Source: Legionellaceae bacterium
GTDB lineage: Bacteria > Pseudomonadota > Gammaproteobacteria > Legionellales > Legionellaceae
Reading direction: 5' to 3'
Assembly: GCA_029213075.1 (NCBI GenBank)
Contig: JARGPO010000080.1
Span: 34,658-98,657 of the forward strand
Length of the DNA stretch: 64,000 nt
Every line of letters starts with the position of its first letter. Within the stretch, counting starts at the first letter, position 1. The translations under genes were made by a program, and so were the position numbers. A model generated the notes under the pieces. The model ran no database searches. It saw nothing but the letters and a program-made list of their open reading frames with translations, and was not told the DNA's origin. Below are positions 10,870-20,450 of the stretch, piece by piece.

Positions 10870-11250
10870 ATGCGTCATATTACCCAATGTATAAACAACA
10901 AATTAGCCAACATATGCGCGCAAGCAATAAAAATAGAAGACATCTCCAAATTATTATTAACTTACCTACCTGATGACTTAAAACACAATTGCCGAGCAGC
11001 AAGCTTTATCAGGGGTTGTCTTGTAATAGTTGTTGCGGATGCAATATGGGCATCACAACTTCGTTACGTTGTCCCTGAATTACGAGACAGACTTCGCAAT
11101 GAAGCGAAACTATATCAAATATCATCTATTAAGATAATTATTGACCCTAAAATATATTCCGATAGTTCCACTCAAAAGGCAATAAAAAAAACAGTACCAT
11201 CAAAAAAGTCTCCATGGACAGAAATACTAAAGTCCTTATCTGAAGAATAA
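10870..11250 (+). CDS. dciA: DUF721/DciA-like protein (putative replicative helicase operator)
   Basis: 126 aa. The central block (RAASFIRGCLVIVVADAIWASQLRYVVPELRDRL) matches the DUF721 pattern as I recall it. Confidence 0.6.
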   Translation: MRHITQCINNKLANICAQAIKIEDISKLLLTYLPDDLKHNCRAASFIRGCLVIVVADAIWASQLRYVVPELRDRLRNEAKLYQISSIKIIIDPKIYSDSSTQKAIKKTVPSKKSPWTEILKSLSEE

Positions 11251-11253
11251 TAG

Positions 11254-12291
11254 CTAAGCTAGCTTCTTAGGTTGTTGTTGAGTGATACAATGAATACCTC
11301 CTCCCCCAGAAAATAAATTAATAACTGGCAACTGAACTACCTCATAGCCAGGAAATAACTTAACAAATAAATCATAAGCAAGCTTATCATGCTCTTTATA
11401 CCCAAACCCTGGTATGACTAATCCAAAATTGGCCATGTAAAAATTAATATATGACAGTGTCAAACGCTCATTATCTAGATAAGTTGCTGGTGGTTGCTCT
11501 ATTGTATAGACCTCTAATTCTCGACCACGAGCATCTGTCGCGCTTTTTAAAATAGCTAAATTTTCTTGGAGAATCTCGTAGTTATCATCTTTAGTATCTG
11601 AGGTTATCAAGGCAAGAACTTTCCCTGGACCAATAAAACAAGCTATTTCATCAATGTGTCCATTAGTTTCATCACCAACTAAACCTTTATTCAACCAAAT
11701 AACTTTTTCAATATTTAAATTATCACGTAATTGGCTTTCAATATCTTCCTGGCTTAAGTTCGGGTTTCGATTTGAATTAAGTAGACATTCACGACTAGTT
11801 AAAACTGTACCCTCACCATCAACATGTAAAGAACCACCTTCCATAACTAATGGTGCCTTATAATGCTTTGCAGAACTTAATTTTATGATTTCTTCGGCAA
11901 TTTTAGCATCGTACTCATAAGACTCATAATTACCACCCCAAGCGTTATGGAGCCAATCAACACCAGCTAGCTCACCTTCGGTATTAAGCAAAAAAGTAGG
12001 CCCCGTATCCCTGGTCCATGAGTCATCTAGGTATATAGATTCTATTCGAATATTAGGACCCAACATTTCTCTTGCCAACGTAACATCACCTGGATTTACC
12101 AACATTGTCACTGGCTCAAACTTAGAAATAGCTAAAGCAACCTGGGAATATGCCTCACGAGCCTTTTGTAGACCAATAGCCTCCCATGTTGGCATATGAC
12201 ATGGCCATGCCATCCAACAACCAGTATGCGGGTGCCATTCAGCAGGCATAAAAAATCCATCTTGCTTCGGGTTCATATGTTTACTTACCAT
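11254..12291 (-). CDS. aguA: agmatine deiminase
   Basis: [17 protein letters not shown] at the N-terminus and a C-terminal [13 protein letters not shown] catalytic Cys block. The alternative ATG at 12276 would remove the 11-nt overlap with speA. Confidence 0.9.
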   Translation of the reverse strand: MVSKHMNPKQDGFFMPAEWHPHTGCWMAWPCHMPTWEAIGLQKAREAYSQVALAISKFEPVTMLVNPGDVTLAREMLGPNIRIESIYLDDSWTRDTGPTFLLNTEGELAGVDWLHNAWGGNYESYEYDAKIAEEIIKLSSAKHYKAPLVMEGGSLHVDGEGTVLTSRECLLNSNRNPNLSQEDIESQLRDNLNIEKVIWLNKGLVGDETNGHIDEIACFIGPGKVLALITSDTKDDNYEILQENLAILKSATDARGRELEVYTIEQPPATYLDNERLTLSYINFYMANFGLVIPGFGYKEHDKLAYDLFVKLFPGYEVVQLPVINLFSGGGGIHCITQQQPKKLA

Positions 12292-14164
12292 CTAAGTAGG
12301 TTAATTGTGAGAAGATGCTATGCAACTCTTGCACATACATCTCTACTTTCAAATCATCAATGCCAGCACTATTTAATTGATTTGAGTATGATTCTAATAA
12401 ACTCTGTGTATTTAAATGAGCAAACCCCAGCACACTTTTTATGGTATCTCCACATACTAAAGCATTTGTCATAAACTGACCGTCATCTGTTAAGGTAACT
12501 TCTAGAGAGTTTGTATCACCAAATAAATTATGTAAATTACCTAAAATTTCTTGATATGCACCCACCAAGAAAAAACCGATGTCAAATGCATTCTTTGGAT
12601 CATATTTTGGCAACAACAATGTTGAGTTAATCCCAGAAACACCAGCATATCTATCAAGGGCTCCATCCGAATCACATGTTAAGTCTTGAAGAACACTATG
12701 CATGGTTGGTTTTTCACATAAATGAGAAATTGGAGCAATAGGAAAAATTTGATCTACAGCCCATGCATCAGGTATAGATTGAAAGAAAGAAAGGTTGCAA
12801 AATACTTTGGCTGCTAACTTTCTATTTAATAAATCTAGCAGCTCACTATCTTGGAGGTTATTCTCATCTAATCTATGCCTAATATCAAGACAGATAGCAG
12901 TAAACAACTTCTCAACCTTAGCTTTTTCTAAAAGGCTAATTATTCCATGCTTAAACATTGAGTGTGCTTCACTTAATGCATGTTCAGCATAATGGTATAT
13001 TTCTGTTGGGCTATTATCCTTCATACCTTGATATGTATCATAAATAGCATGCACAACATTCGATTCATCTTCTTTGATTTCAGGAACAACTGATGTGTTC
13101 TCAATACACTCAATATCAGTGATATTTGTAACTATGACAGCATGGTGTGCAGTCAAAGCTCTTCCTGATTCAGAGATAATATTAGGTTGTGGTAAATTAG
13201 CTTCCTGACAAGCATCTCTTAGTTCAACTAAAATATTAGTAGCATATTCGGTTAAACTGTAATTTACAGAAAACCCTGTGCTTGATCCTGTTCCCTCATA
13301 ATCGACTCCTAATCCACCGCCAACATCAATAGTATTAATCGGTGCATTTAGACGTCGTAATTCTACATAATAACGAGAAACTTCCTTCATACATTTACGA
13401 ATATCAAAGATATTAGCAATCTGTGAACCAAGGTGACAGTGCATTAACTGCAAACAATCAAGGCTATCCCATGCATCTAGCTTCTTAACTAAATCTATTA
13501 CTTGCTCTGAATTTAAGCCAAACTTTGATTTAGAGCCACCAGTGTGCTCCCATTGACCTGCACAAACAGTTGTCAGACGAATTCTTGCGCCAATTAAAGG
13601 ACGGACATTTAATTCACGCGCTTCTTGCAAGATAATATCTAGCTCACTCATCTTTTCAATTATTAAAAATACTTTATGTCCCATAATCTGTGCGATTAAA
13701 GCCGCTCGGATATAATTTCTATCTTTGTAGCCATTACAGATAATAGTTGAATGCTTTTCTTCTGATAAGCCAATTACCGCCATTAATTCTGGCTTACTTC
13801 CAGCTTCTAAACCAATATTATGTTGTGGTGAACTTAATAAACCCTTTATTACGCATTGCTCTTGATTAACTTTAATGGGATAAACTAATTGATAACATCC
13901 TGTATATTCAACATCAGCAATAGCCTCCGAGAAAGCTTGATACAAGATATCAATTCTATCGTGTAGGATATCACTAAAACGAATAAGTAGTGGCAGACCT
14001 AACCCAGAATCACGGGCATCAGCAATTATCTTTGTTAACTCGACTCCCCTAGATTTAGAGCTTCTACTAACTTCAATTGAACCATTGGAGTTAACATTAA
14101 AATACCCCTCACCCCAAGAGTTTATGTTATACAAATTTTCATCATTTAAAACGTCATTATTCAT
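12281..14164 (-). CDS. speA: biosynthetic arginine decarboxylase
   Basis: 627 aa with the PLP-Lys context YPIKVNQ and [13 protein letters not shown]. Length and order are typical of SpeA. Confidence 0.92.
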   Translation of the reverse strand: MNNDVLNDENLYNINSWGEGYFNVNSNGSIEVSRSSKSRGVELTKIIADARDSGLGLPLLIRFSDILHDRIDILYQAFSEAIADVEYTGCYQLVYPIKVNQEQCVIKGLLSSPQHNIGLEAGSKPELMAVIGLSEEKHSTIICNGYKDRNYIRAALIAQIMGHKVFLIIEKMSELDIILQEARELNVRPLIGARIRLTTVCAGQWEHTGGSKSKFGLNSEQVIDLVKKLDAWDSLDCLQLMHCHLGSQIANIFDIRKCMKEVSRYYVELRRLNAPINTIDVGGGLGVDYEGTGSSTGFSVNYSLTEYATNILVELRDACQEANLPQPNIISESGRALTAHHAVIVTNITDIECIENTSVVPEIKEDESNVVHAIYDTYQGMKDNSPTEIYHYAEHALSEAHSMFKHGIISLLEKAKVEKLFTAICLDIRHRLDENNLQDSELLDLLNRKLAAKVFCNLSFFQSIPDAWAVDQIFPIAPISHLCEKPTMHSVLQDLTCDSDGALDRYAGVSGINSTLLLPKYDPKNAFDIGFFLVGAYQEILGNLHNLFGDTNSLEVTLTDDGQFMTNALVCGDTIKSVLGFAHLNTQSLLESYSNQLNSAGIDDLKVEMYVQELHSIFSQLTYLDGK

Positions 14165-14183
14165 AAATATAGAGCTCTGTTAA

Positions 14184-15023
14184 TCAACGAACTAATTCTT
14201 GATAGGTATCAGGTTGTCGTTGTTGTGAAAAAGGGAATAATCTCCCCCAAAGGTTTCGCTTTGAAAAATCAAGTTTGGCAACTAACACAGCAGATTCATT
14301 TCGTGGTGCCTCTACTAGTATTTCTCCCATAGGGTTGCTTATAAAACTTGAACCATAAAACTCTAAACCATCTTCAATGCCAACTCGGTTTACAGCAATT
14401 ATAAAGTTATTACTCATTATTCCTTGAGCTACCATAACCTTTTGCCACATCGGCTGACTATCAAATCCAGGTTCTGTGGGTTCAGCACCAATAGCTGTTG
14501 GATAAACTATTACCTCTGTGCCTTTTAAGCTATAGATGCGTGACAGCTCTGGAAACCATTGATCATAGCAGGTTGGCAAACCAAACTTATGCGAAAGAAT
14601 AGTATGCACCGGATAATCTGAATCGCCTGGTTTAAAGTAATGATCTTCATGATACTTCTCTCCACTAGGAATATGCTGTTTGCGAGTATACGCAACCAAA
14701 CTACCGCTATTATCATAAGCCACCGCAGTATTGTAACCACCATTTTCAAACAATGAAGATGTTATACAGACATTTGCATCAATTGCGCACTGACTAATAA
14801 ATTTGGCTGTTGGTCCTGAATGCAAATCTTCCATGTATAAAGTAGGGTCAACACCCATTTTCGTACAAAAATATGGTGATAAAGTCAGCTCTTGCAAGCA
14901 AACCAATTCAGCTCCTTGCTTTGCCGCACTATTAATCCCAGCAGCAATACAATCTTGATGATCTTTTGGATCCTCATGCCACGACTCTTGCACTAAGCCA
15001 ACCGTTAATTCATTTTCATACAT
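14184..15023 (-). CDS. aguB: N-carbamoylputrescine amidase (nitrilase superfamily)
   Basis: Carbon-nitrogen hydrolase motifs (CLQELT, RKQHIP, GLPTCYDQWFPE). First gene of the operon with speA and aguA. Confidence 0.85.
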   Translation of the reverse strand: MYENELTVGLVQESWHEDPKDHQDCIAAGINSAAKQGAELVCLQELTLSPYFCTKMGVDPTLYMEDLHSGPTAKFISQCAIDANVCITSSLFENGGYNTAVAYDNSGSLVAYTRKQHIPSGEKYHEDHYFKPGDSDYPVHTILSHKFGLPTCYDQWFPELSRIYSLKGTEVIVYPTAIGAEPTEPGFDSQPMWQKVMVAQGIMSNNFIIAVNRVGIEDGLEFYGSSFISNPMGEILVEAPRNESAVLVAKLDFSKRNLWGRLFPFSQQRQPDTYQELVR

Positions 15024-15080
15024 TGATTAATACCTCTAGCTAACCTGAGCATCAAGCTTATATCACAAAAATTAATAATA

Positions 15081-15246
15081 GCAAGGAATATAGCCAGTGC
15101 AACCCGCATTTTATGACTAAAATAAAATCCAAGTGTCGTCGTTGCGAGCGTTAGCGAAGCAACGACGAGTTTTATTGCAAATAAATGTTCAAAATTTAGA
15201 TGCGGTTGCCCTGGGAATATAGCAGGGCAAGAACATCAAAGTTAGA
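15081..15246. repeat. composite palindromic repeat block (two inverted ~30-45-bp modules flanking a 10-bp-stem hairpin)
   Basis: GCAAGGAATATAGCCAGTGCAACCCGCAT (15081-15108) is inverted relative to ATGCGGTTGCCCTGGGAATATAGCAGGGC (15200-15228). Between them, TCGTCGTTGC-12 nt-GCAACGACGA (15137-15168) belongs to the GTC(A/G)TTGCGAGC family. Confidence 0.7.
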
Positions 15247-15280
15247 CTCTATAACCGTTAAACATAAAAATTTGTAAGTT

Positions 15281-15604
15281 GGGTCTTGGCCTAACAAATT
15301 GAAATTCTAGTATCGTACCATTTTGGGCCAAGGTCCAATGGCGCAGCCTTAAGCGGCATCATTAGGGCAGGGGTATCCTCTACAAGAATTTTAGTGAATT
15401 GTTACCACCAACTGACAACACTCCCCTACCTCCGCCCACTTGTTCGGACCATCTAGGGAATTTTAAAAGAAATCTCGCTAGATACCCTGCATAAAGCAGG
15501 GTATCTAGGGTTAGGGGGTAATGACGCCGCTTAAGGCAGCGCCATTAGGTCTTAGCCCAACAAATTGAAGCTCCAGCCTCATGAAGGTCTAAGTCCCAAC
15601 CTGC
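15281..15604. repeat. MITE-like structured repeat (direct + inverted sub-repeats, 13-bp perfect hairpin at 15478-15508)
   Basis: Direct repeat: GGTCTTGGCCTAACAAATTGAAATTCTAG (15282-) with GGTCTTAGCCCAACAAATTGAAGCTCCAG (15548-). Inverted repeat: AATGGCGCAGCCTTAAGCGGCATCATT (15337-) with AATGACGCCGCTTAAGGCAGCGCCATT (15519-). Hairpin: CTAGATACCCTGC-ATAAA-GCAGGGTATCTAG. The interior is about 75% similar to the reverse complement of the 54.8-kb repeat. Confidence 0.75.
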
Positions 15605-15635
15605 TTTATTTAATATTGATCAAATAGCCATTAGT

Positions 15636-15680
15636 TTAGACCTTGATGCTCTTGCTCTGAGGAATATAGAGGTGCATTAT
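15636..15680. repeat. third copy of the ~45-bp module (CTTGATGCTCTTGC..GGAATATAG..TGCAT), inverted relative to 15200-15246
   Basis: The reverse complement ATGCACCTCTATATTCCTCAGAGCAAGAGCATCAAGGTCTA aligns with ATGCGGTTGCCCTGGGAATATAGCAGGGCAAGAACATCAAAGTTAGA. Together they bracket 15247-15635 like terminal inverted repeats. Confidence 0.6.
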
Positions 15681-15698
15681 TTAACTATAAAAAACTAA

Positions 15699-16559
15699 TT
15701 AAACAGCCATCGCTTCGCGAATCTTATTCATAGCATTTTTTTCAAGTTGACGAATTCTCTCAGCTGAAACACCGTACTTATCGGCCAAACTATGTAGTGT
15801 TATTGCTTTTTCTTCGCTTAACCACCGTTGCCGTAGAATATCCTGACTCCGATCGTCTAAGCAAGCTATTGCTGAATGCAGTTCTGTATGCTGATTATCA
15901 GCCATATCTTGTTTTTCATGGATATGAGCTGGGTTTGTGTTTGGATCGTGTAAATAATCAGATGGGGACGCTTTATAAGAATCCTCATCATCACCAACAG
16001 AGGTTGAATCATATGACTCATCCATAGCATTCAAACGACGCTCCATTTCCCAAACATCTTCACGGTTAACACCTAGATCTTTAGCAATAGCATCAACTTC
16101 ATCAAGACTAGACCAGCCTAAGCGTTTTTTCATTTGACGAAGATTAAAAAATAATTTTCTTTGTGCTTTCGTAGTTGCGAGTTTAACTATTCGCCAGTTT
16201 TGAATCACAAACTCATGAATTTCAGATTTTATCCAATGAATTGCGAAGGAAACTAGGCGCACACCTATTTTAGGATTAAAACGCTTAACAGCTTTCATTA
16301 ATCCAACATTACCTTCTTGAATTAAATCACTAAGTGCCAAACCATAACCTAAATAACCACGTGCAACTCGGACAACATAACGTAAATGCGCCAAAACTAA
16401 TGAGCGCGCAGCCTCTAAGTCGCCATTATCTTGCACTCTTTCAGCAAAGCCATATTCTTCCTCAAGGGTTAGTAGAGGAATTTGATTTACTCGCTGAATA
16501 TATGAATCGATACTACCAACAGGTAGATTCATAACCGCTAATTGTAGTTCAGTATTCAT
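15699..16559 (-). CDS. rpoH: RNA polymerase sigma-32 factor
   Basis: Collinear with E. coli RpoH, including the RpoH box QRKLFFNLR. The ATG at 16559 (GGAG 6 nt upstream) gives 286 aa; the ORF track starts at 16571. Confidence 0.93.
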   Translation of the reverse strand: MNTELQLAVMNLPVGSIDSYIQRVNQIPLLTLEEEYGFAERVQDNGDLEAARSLVLAHLRYVVRVARGYLGYGLALSDLIQEGNVGLMKAVKRFNPKIGVRLVSFAIHWIKSEIHEFVIQNWRIVKLATTKAQRKLFFNLRQMKKRLGWSSLDEVDAIAKDLGVNREDVWEMERRLNAMDESYDSTSVGDDEDSYKASPSDYLHDPNTNPAHIHEKQDMADNQHTELHSAIACLDDRSQDILRQRWLSEEKAITLHSLADKYGVSAERIRQLEKNAMNKIREAMAV

Positions 16560-16665
16560 GATAGACTCCATTACAACTCAATCACAATAATTCTAACGAC
16601 GTTATATTACCACACTTAGTCCCTATGACTCAAATTTATTTGAACAATAATTGCATAGTTGATGT

Positions 16666-17583
16666 TCAAAAAGTTTTCATCAAATGACTTTTAACAGATA
16701 TTCTCGCACCAAACCAACCTAATATACTAGCTGTAAGTAACATAACACCAGTTTTTAGTAGGGATAAACTATCCAAGTTATAGTGAATTTTGTAGGTATA
16801 TAATAGGCTGTTAATTTCCGATTGCAAACTCATAAAGATTATATTTACTAGTAAAATGGCTAAAATTGCCGCGAAAGCTCCGTAGTAAACTCCTGAATAT
16901 AAATATGGTCGCATAATAAACCTGTCAGAAGCGCCAATAAACCTTAAAACCATTATCTCTTCTTGCCTATCATTAATTATCAATCGTAAGGTATTACCTA
17001 TAATTAAAACCAACGCCACAGCTAAAATTATCATCAATAAATGTAGAAATTTTGATATAAACCCTAAGAAAGTAAAAACACTATTAATCCACTCCAAATC
17101 AAGTTTAGCTTCTGCAACCGAAGGATACTCTTTTAAAGTTTGATATAAATTATCTAATGATTCCTGAGTATTTATTTGAGCATCTGGTATAACGTCAATA
17201 ACCGATGGCAATGGATTTGAAGGTAGGTAACTCAATATATCATGCATACCAGACTGAGCTTGTAATATTTTTAAAGCCTCAGCAGAAGTATGTATGCTAG
17301 CACTAGCTACTCCTTTAGTTGATAATACTTTTGCCATTAAATCTGACTCAGCAACAGCCATTGATGGAACATCAAGATATAATGATATTTGCTTTGTACT
17401 CTGCCAGTTAACAGTAATATTTTGCATCGCATCAGATAAAATCCAAAATATGGAAGACAATACTAATATAATCGCTATCACAAAAATCGTCATGAATGTT
17501 GCCAGTGGCTCTTTCTTTAGAAAAATAACACTACCTTTCGCTGCTTGTTTATGAAAATCTAGCCATGCGTGAAAACTTTTCAT
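16666..17583 (-). CDS. ftsX: cell division permease-like protein FtsX
   Basis: Four-TM topology with a large first periplasmic loop. ATGA overlap with ftsE, in the ftsYEX order. Confidence 0.88.
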   Translation of the reverse strand: MKSFHAWLDFHKQAAKGSVIFLKKEPLATFMTIFVIAIILVLSSIFWILSDAMQNITVNWQSTKQISLYLDVPSMAVAESDLMAKVLSTKGVASASIHTSAEALKILQAQSGMHDILSYLPSNPLPSVIDVIPDAQINTQESLDNLYQTLKEYPSVAEAKLDLEWINSVFTFLGFISKFLHLLMIILAVALVLIIGNTLRLIINDRQEEIMVLRFIGASDRFIMRPYLYSGVYYGAFAAILAILLVNIIFMSLQSEINSLLYTYKIHYNLDSLSLLKTGVMLLTASILGWFGARISVKSHLMKTF

Positions 17584-18230
17584 GATATTTTCCCTCCACG
17601 CAACACAACAATCCGGTGCTGGGTTTTTGCAATTAAGGAGAGGTCATGAGTCGCGACCATAACTGCCACCCCGGCTTGATTTAACTCCGAAAAAATATTG
17701 ATGATGCCCGCTGCCAATCCTAAATCAAGATTGCCAGTTGGCTCATCTGCAAGCAGCAAAGGTGGTTTATGAACTATAGATCGAGCAATACCAACTCGTT
17801 GTTGTTCACCACCAGACAGGTGCTGTGGCAACATTTTCTCTTTATTTAATAAACTCACCATATCCAGAGCAGCATGGACTCTTTTTTTAATTACATGGGG
17901 TAGCGAACCTTTAATTTGTAGGGGTAGTGCGACATTTTCAAAAACATTCCGATCTTTTAATAAATGCGGTGATTGAAAGGTTATTCCAAGGTTCGAGCGA
18001 TATTCTGCAACCTCTTTTCTCTTAAGAGAGGCAAGAGATCTGTTATTAACAATTATATCTCCTGCTGATGGAGTATCTAACATCGCAAGCAGATTAAGCA
18101 TGGTGCTTTTTCCAGCTCCAGAATGACCGGTTAGAAAAACCATCTCATTCTTCTCCAATGAGAAATCTACTTGACTTAACGCCTCAAAACCACCCAAATA
18201 TCTTTTACTGACCTGATTGAATTTGATCAT
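17580..18230 (-). CDS. ftsE: cell division ATP-binding protein FtsE
   Basis: Walker A GHSGAGKST, ABC signature LSGGEQQR, Walker B LLLADEP. Start at MIKFNQVSKRY, with a 26-nt overlap onto the ftsY end. Confidence 0.92.
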   Translation of the reverse strand: MIKFNQVSKRYLGGFEALSQVDFSLEKNEMVFLTGHSGAGKSTMLNLLAMLDTPSAGDIIVNNRSLASLKRKEVAEYRSNLGITFQSPHLLKDRNVFENVALPLQIKGSLPHVIKKRVHAALDMVSLLNKEKMLPQHLSGGEQQRVGIARSIVHKPPLLLADEPTGNLDLGLAAGIINIFSELNQAGVAVMVATHDLSLIAKTQHRIVVLRGGKIS

Positions 18231-19254
18231 CAAAAATTGCATCCACAAATTGTGCGGCATCAAATGCCCGCAAATCGTCAATCCCTTCACCGATACCTAT
18301 GTATCGAAATGGTATCCCCAATTCTGTCGCAATAGCAAATAACATTCCACCCTTCGCAGTACCATCTAACTTGGTAATTGTTATACCAGTCAAACCAATA
18401 GCACTATGAAATTGGCGCGCTTGATTCAATGCATTTTGACCTATGCTTGCGTCAAGGACCAACATAACTTCATGCGGAGCGGTTGGGTCTATTTTTTCAA
18501 GAACCCGTTTTACTTTTTTTAACTCTTCCATTAAATTATTTTGGGTGTGTAGTCGTCCAGCAGTATCTGCTATCAAGATATCGATACCTCGAGCTTTAGC
18601 AGCTTGAAATCCATCAAAAATCACAGAGGCACTATCAGCACCAGTATGCTGGGCAATTACTGGAATATTATTACGCTCACCCCAGACTTGCAACTGTTCA
18701 ACGGCGGCAGCGCGAAACGTATCCCCAGCTGCTAACATAACAGACTTACCCTGCTGCTGATACTGTTTTGCAAGTTTACCAATAGTTGTTGTCTTGCCCG
18801 CACCATTCACACCAATTGTTAAAATTACAAATGGTTTTTTCCCCGAGCCGTCAATATCAAGCTTTTCAACATTTGCGGATAACAATTGTTGCAAATATTT
18901 TTTTAAATGAAAAAATATAGCTTCGCTATTATCTAGTTGCTTACGCTTTAACTCACCTTTAAGATCAGACAAAATATTCTTAGTTGTATCAAGACCAAGA
19001 TCCGCCATTAATAAAATTGTTTCAAGCTCTTCCAGTAATTCAGCATCGATTTCTTTCTTGCCTAATAATAAATTAGCAATGCTATCACCAAGCTCTCCTC
19101 GTGTTTTACTAAGGCCTCGCTTGAACCTGGCAAATACTCCTTGCTTAGAATCGTCAGAACTTTTCTTTGCAGGGCTTATTTCTTTTGAAAGACTATTGTC
19201 TAACTCAGCAACATTACCACCCGACTTTTGATTTTTTTTCAACCATTTTATCAT
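18205..19254 (-). CDS. ftsY: signal recognition particle receptor FtsY
   Basis: NG domain motifs GVNGAGKTTT, DTAGR and TKLDG. Start at MIKWLKK. Confidence 0.92.
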   Translation of the reverse strand: MIKWLKKNQKSGGNVAELDNSLSKEISPAKKSSDDSKQGVFARFKRGLSKTRGELGDSIANLLLGKKEIDAELLEELETILLMADLGLDTTKNILSDLKGELKRKQLDNSEAIFFHLKKYLQQLLSANVEKLDIDGSGKKPFVILTIGVNGAGKTTTIGKLAKQYQQQGKSVMLAAGDTFRAAAVEQLQVWGERNNIPVIAQHTGADSASVIFDGFQAAKARGIDILIADTAGRLHTQNNLMEELKKVKRVLEKIDPTAPHEVMLVLDASIGQNALNQARQFHSAIGLTGITITKLDGTAKGGMLFAIATELGIPFRYIGIGEGIDDLRAFDAAQFVDAIFDDQIQSGQ

Positions 19255-19322
19255 AGTTAATTCTATACAAAAAAACACTAATGTGGCATTATATCATCTT
19301 ATAAACGAAATATATCCTTCTT

Positions 19323-19886
19323 TTGAAACAATCAATCCAGATTATTGGTGGTAGATACCGAGGCAAGAAGATTTCTTTCCCTCTTATCAACAATTTAAGA
19401 CCAACAGCAAACCGAATCAAAGAAACATTATTTAATTGGCTAATGCATGATATTCGTGGCGCGATATGCCTTGATGCCTTTGCTGGAAGTGGATCTCTCG
19501 GACTGGAGGCTTTTTCTCGTGGCGCACAAGAGGTCATCTTTATAGAACAAGATATAATTGCATATAAAAACCTAAATAATATTTGTAAATCTTTTCAAGC
19601 AAAAGAAATTACTGTAATTAATAACGATGTTTGCGCATATCTAAAACAATGCTCACGTCAAAAAATTAAAAAATTCGATATTATATTTTTAGACCCACCG
19701 TTTTCAGAACCATTTCCACACGACTGCTTATCTATAATTGACAATGCAAATCTTTTAGCCGACAACGGCCTTGTTTATATTGAATATGGGCAAGAAGTAA
19801 TTTTAGATGAAACAGTTTGGCAACTACATAAACAAAAGAAAACCGGACAAGTTGTTTATGCTTTATATACAAAAAAAACATTATAA
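19323..19886 (+). CDS. rsmD: 16S rRNA (guanine966-N2)-methyltransferase
   Basis: IIGGRYRGKKI N-terminus, SAM motif AGSGSLGLEA and a DPPF motif. TTG start. Divergent from ftsY as in E. coli. Confidence 0.85.
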   Translation: MKQSIQIIGGRYRGKKISFPLINNLRPTANRIKETLFNWLMHDIRGAICLDAFAGSGSLGLEAFSRGAQEVIFIEQDIIAYKNLNNICKSFQAKEITVINNDVCAYLKQCSRQKIKKFDIIFLDPPFSEPFPHDCLSIIDNANLLADNGLVYIEYGQEVILDETVWQLHKQKKTGQVVYALYTKKTL

Positions 19887-19896
19887 TTAAAGTATC

Positions 19897-19925
19897 TTGA
19901 CAAGCGACGGCGCTCCTGTTTCAAT
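19897..19925 (+). promoter_or_regulatory. candidate sigma-70 promoter of dotDCB
   Basis: TTGACA (19897-19902), a 17-nt spacer and TTCAAT (19920-19925), about 40 nt upstream of the dotD ATG. Confidence 0.35.
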
Positions 19926-19964
19926 CTATATTAATGCTAACAATTTCAAAAGCATAATAAAAAT

Positions 19965-20450
19965 ATGAATAATAAACTTATCGTGCTTTTCCTGTCTTTC
20001 CTGATTGTTTCAGGTTGCGCTAGCACAACATTTAAAAGACCACCAAATAATGATCCTAGCGATGATGCAACAATCAAGCTTGCTGAAGCAGCTAATTCTG
20101 TAAGTGATTCAATGATGCAAATGGCAAAGACAGAAAAGGTGTTAACGGATCCAAGAAAGGATAATGTGATAAACATCCCAAATACTGCAAACTTGCAAGA
20201 ACACGCATCTGTTGACTGGTCGGGTCCTATAGCAGAGTTGACGGCCCAAATTGCCAAGGCTGCTCATTATCGTATTCTTTTTCTTGGTAACTCACCTACA
20301 ATACCAATCTTAATTAGTGTGAATTTAAAAGATCATAGCCTTGCAGAGATTCTTCGCAATATTGATTATCAAGCCGGTAATAAAGCTTCAATACATGTTT
20401 ACCCTAAAAGCAAGGTTGTCGAGTTAAGATATGTTAATACTTATTCGTAA
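19965..20450 (+). CDS. dotD: Dot/Icm T4BSS outer-membrane lipoprotein DotD
   Basis: Lipobox LIVSGC, about 160 aa, followed by dotC and dotB in the Legionella order. Confidence 0.85.
   Translation: MNNKLIVLFLSFLIVSGCASTTFKRPPNNDPSDDATIKLAEAANSVSDSMMQMAKTEKVLTDPRKDNVINIPNTANLQEHASVDWSGPIAELTAQIAKAAHYRILFLGNSPTIPILISVNLKDHSLAEILRNIDYQAGNKASIHVYPKSKVVELRYVNTYS

Noticed and set aside
15024-15698. Hidden housekeeping RNA gene (SRP RNA, RNase P RNA, 6S, tmRNA) in the repeat-rich gap
   Set aside because: None of the conserved core motifs I know for these RNAs is present, and the sequence is fully accounted for by nested direct and inverted repeats.
17580-19278. Long N-terminal extensions of FtsE (start 18290) and FtsY (start 19278) given by the ORF track
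   Set aside because: Alignment to the conserved N-termini (MIKFNQVSKRY..., MIKWLKK...) supports the internal ATGs. The extensions are hydrophobic junk that would overlap the neighbouring genes.
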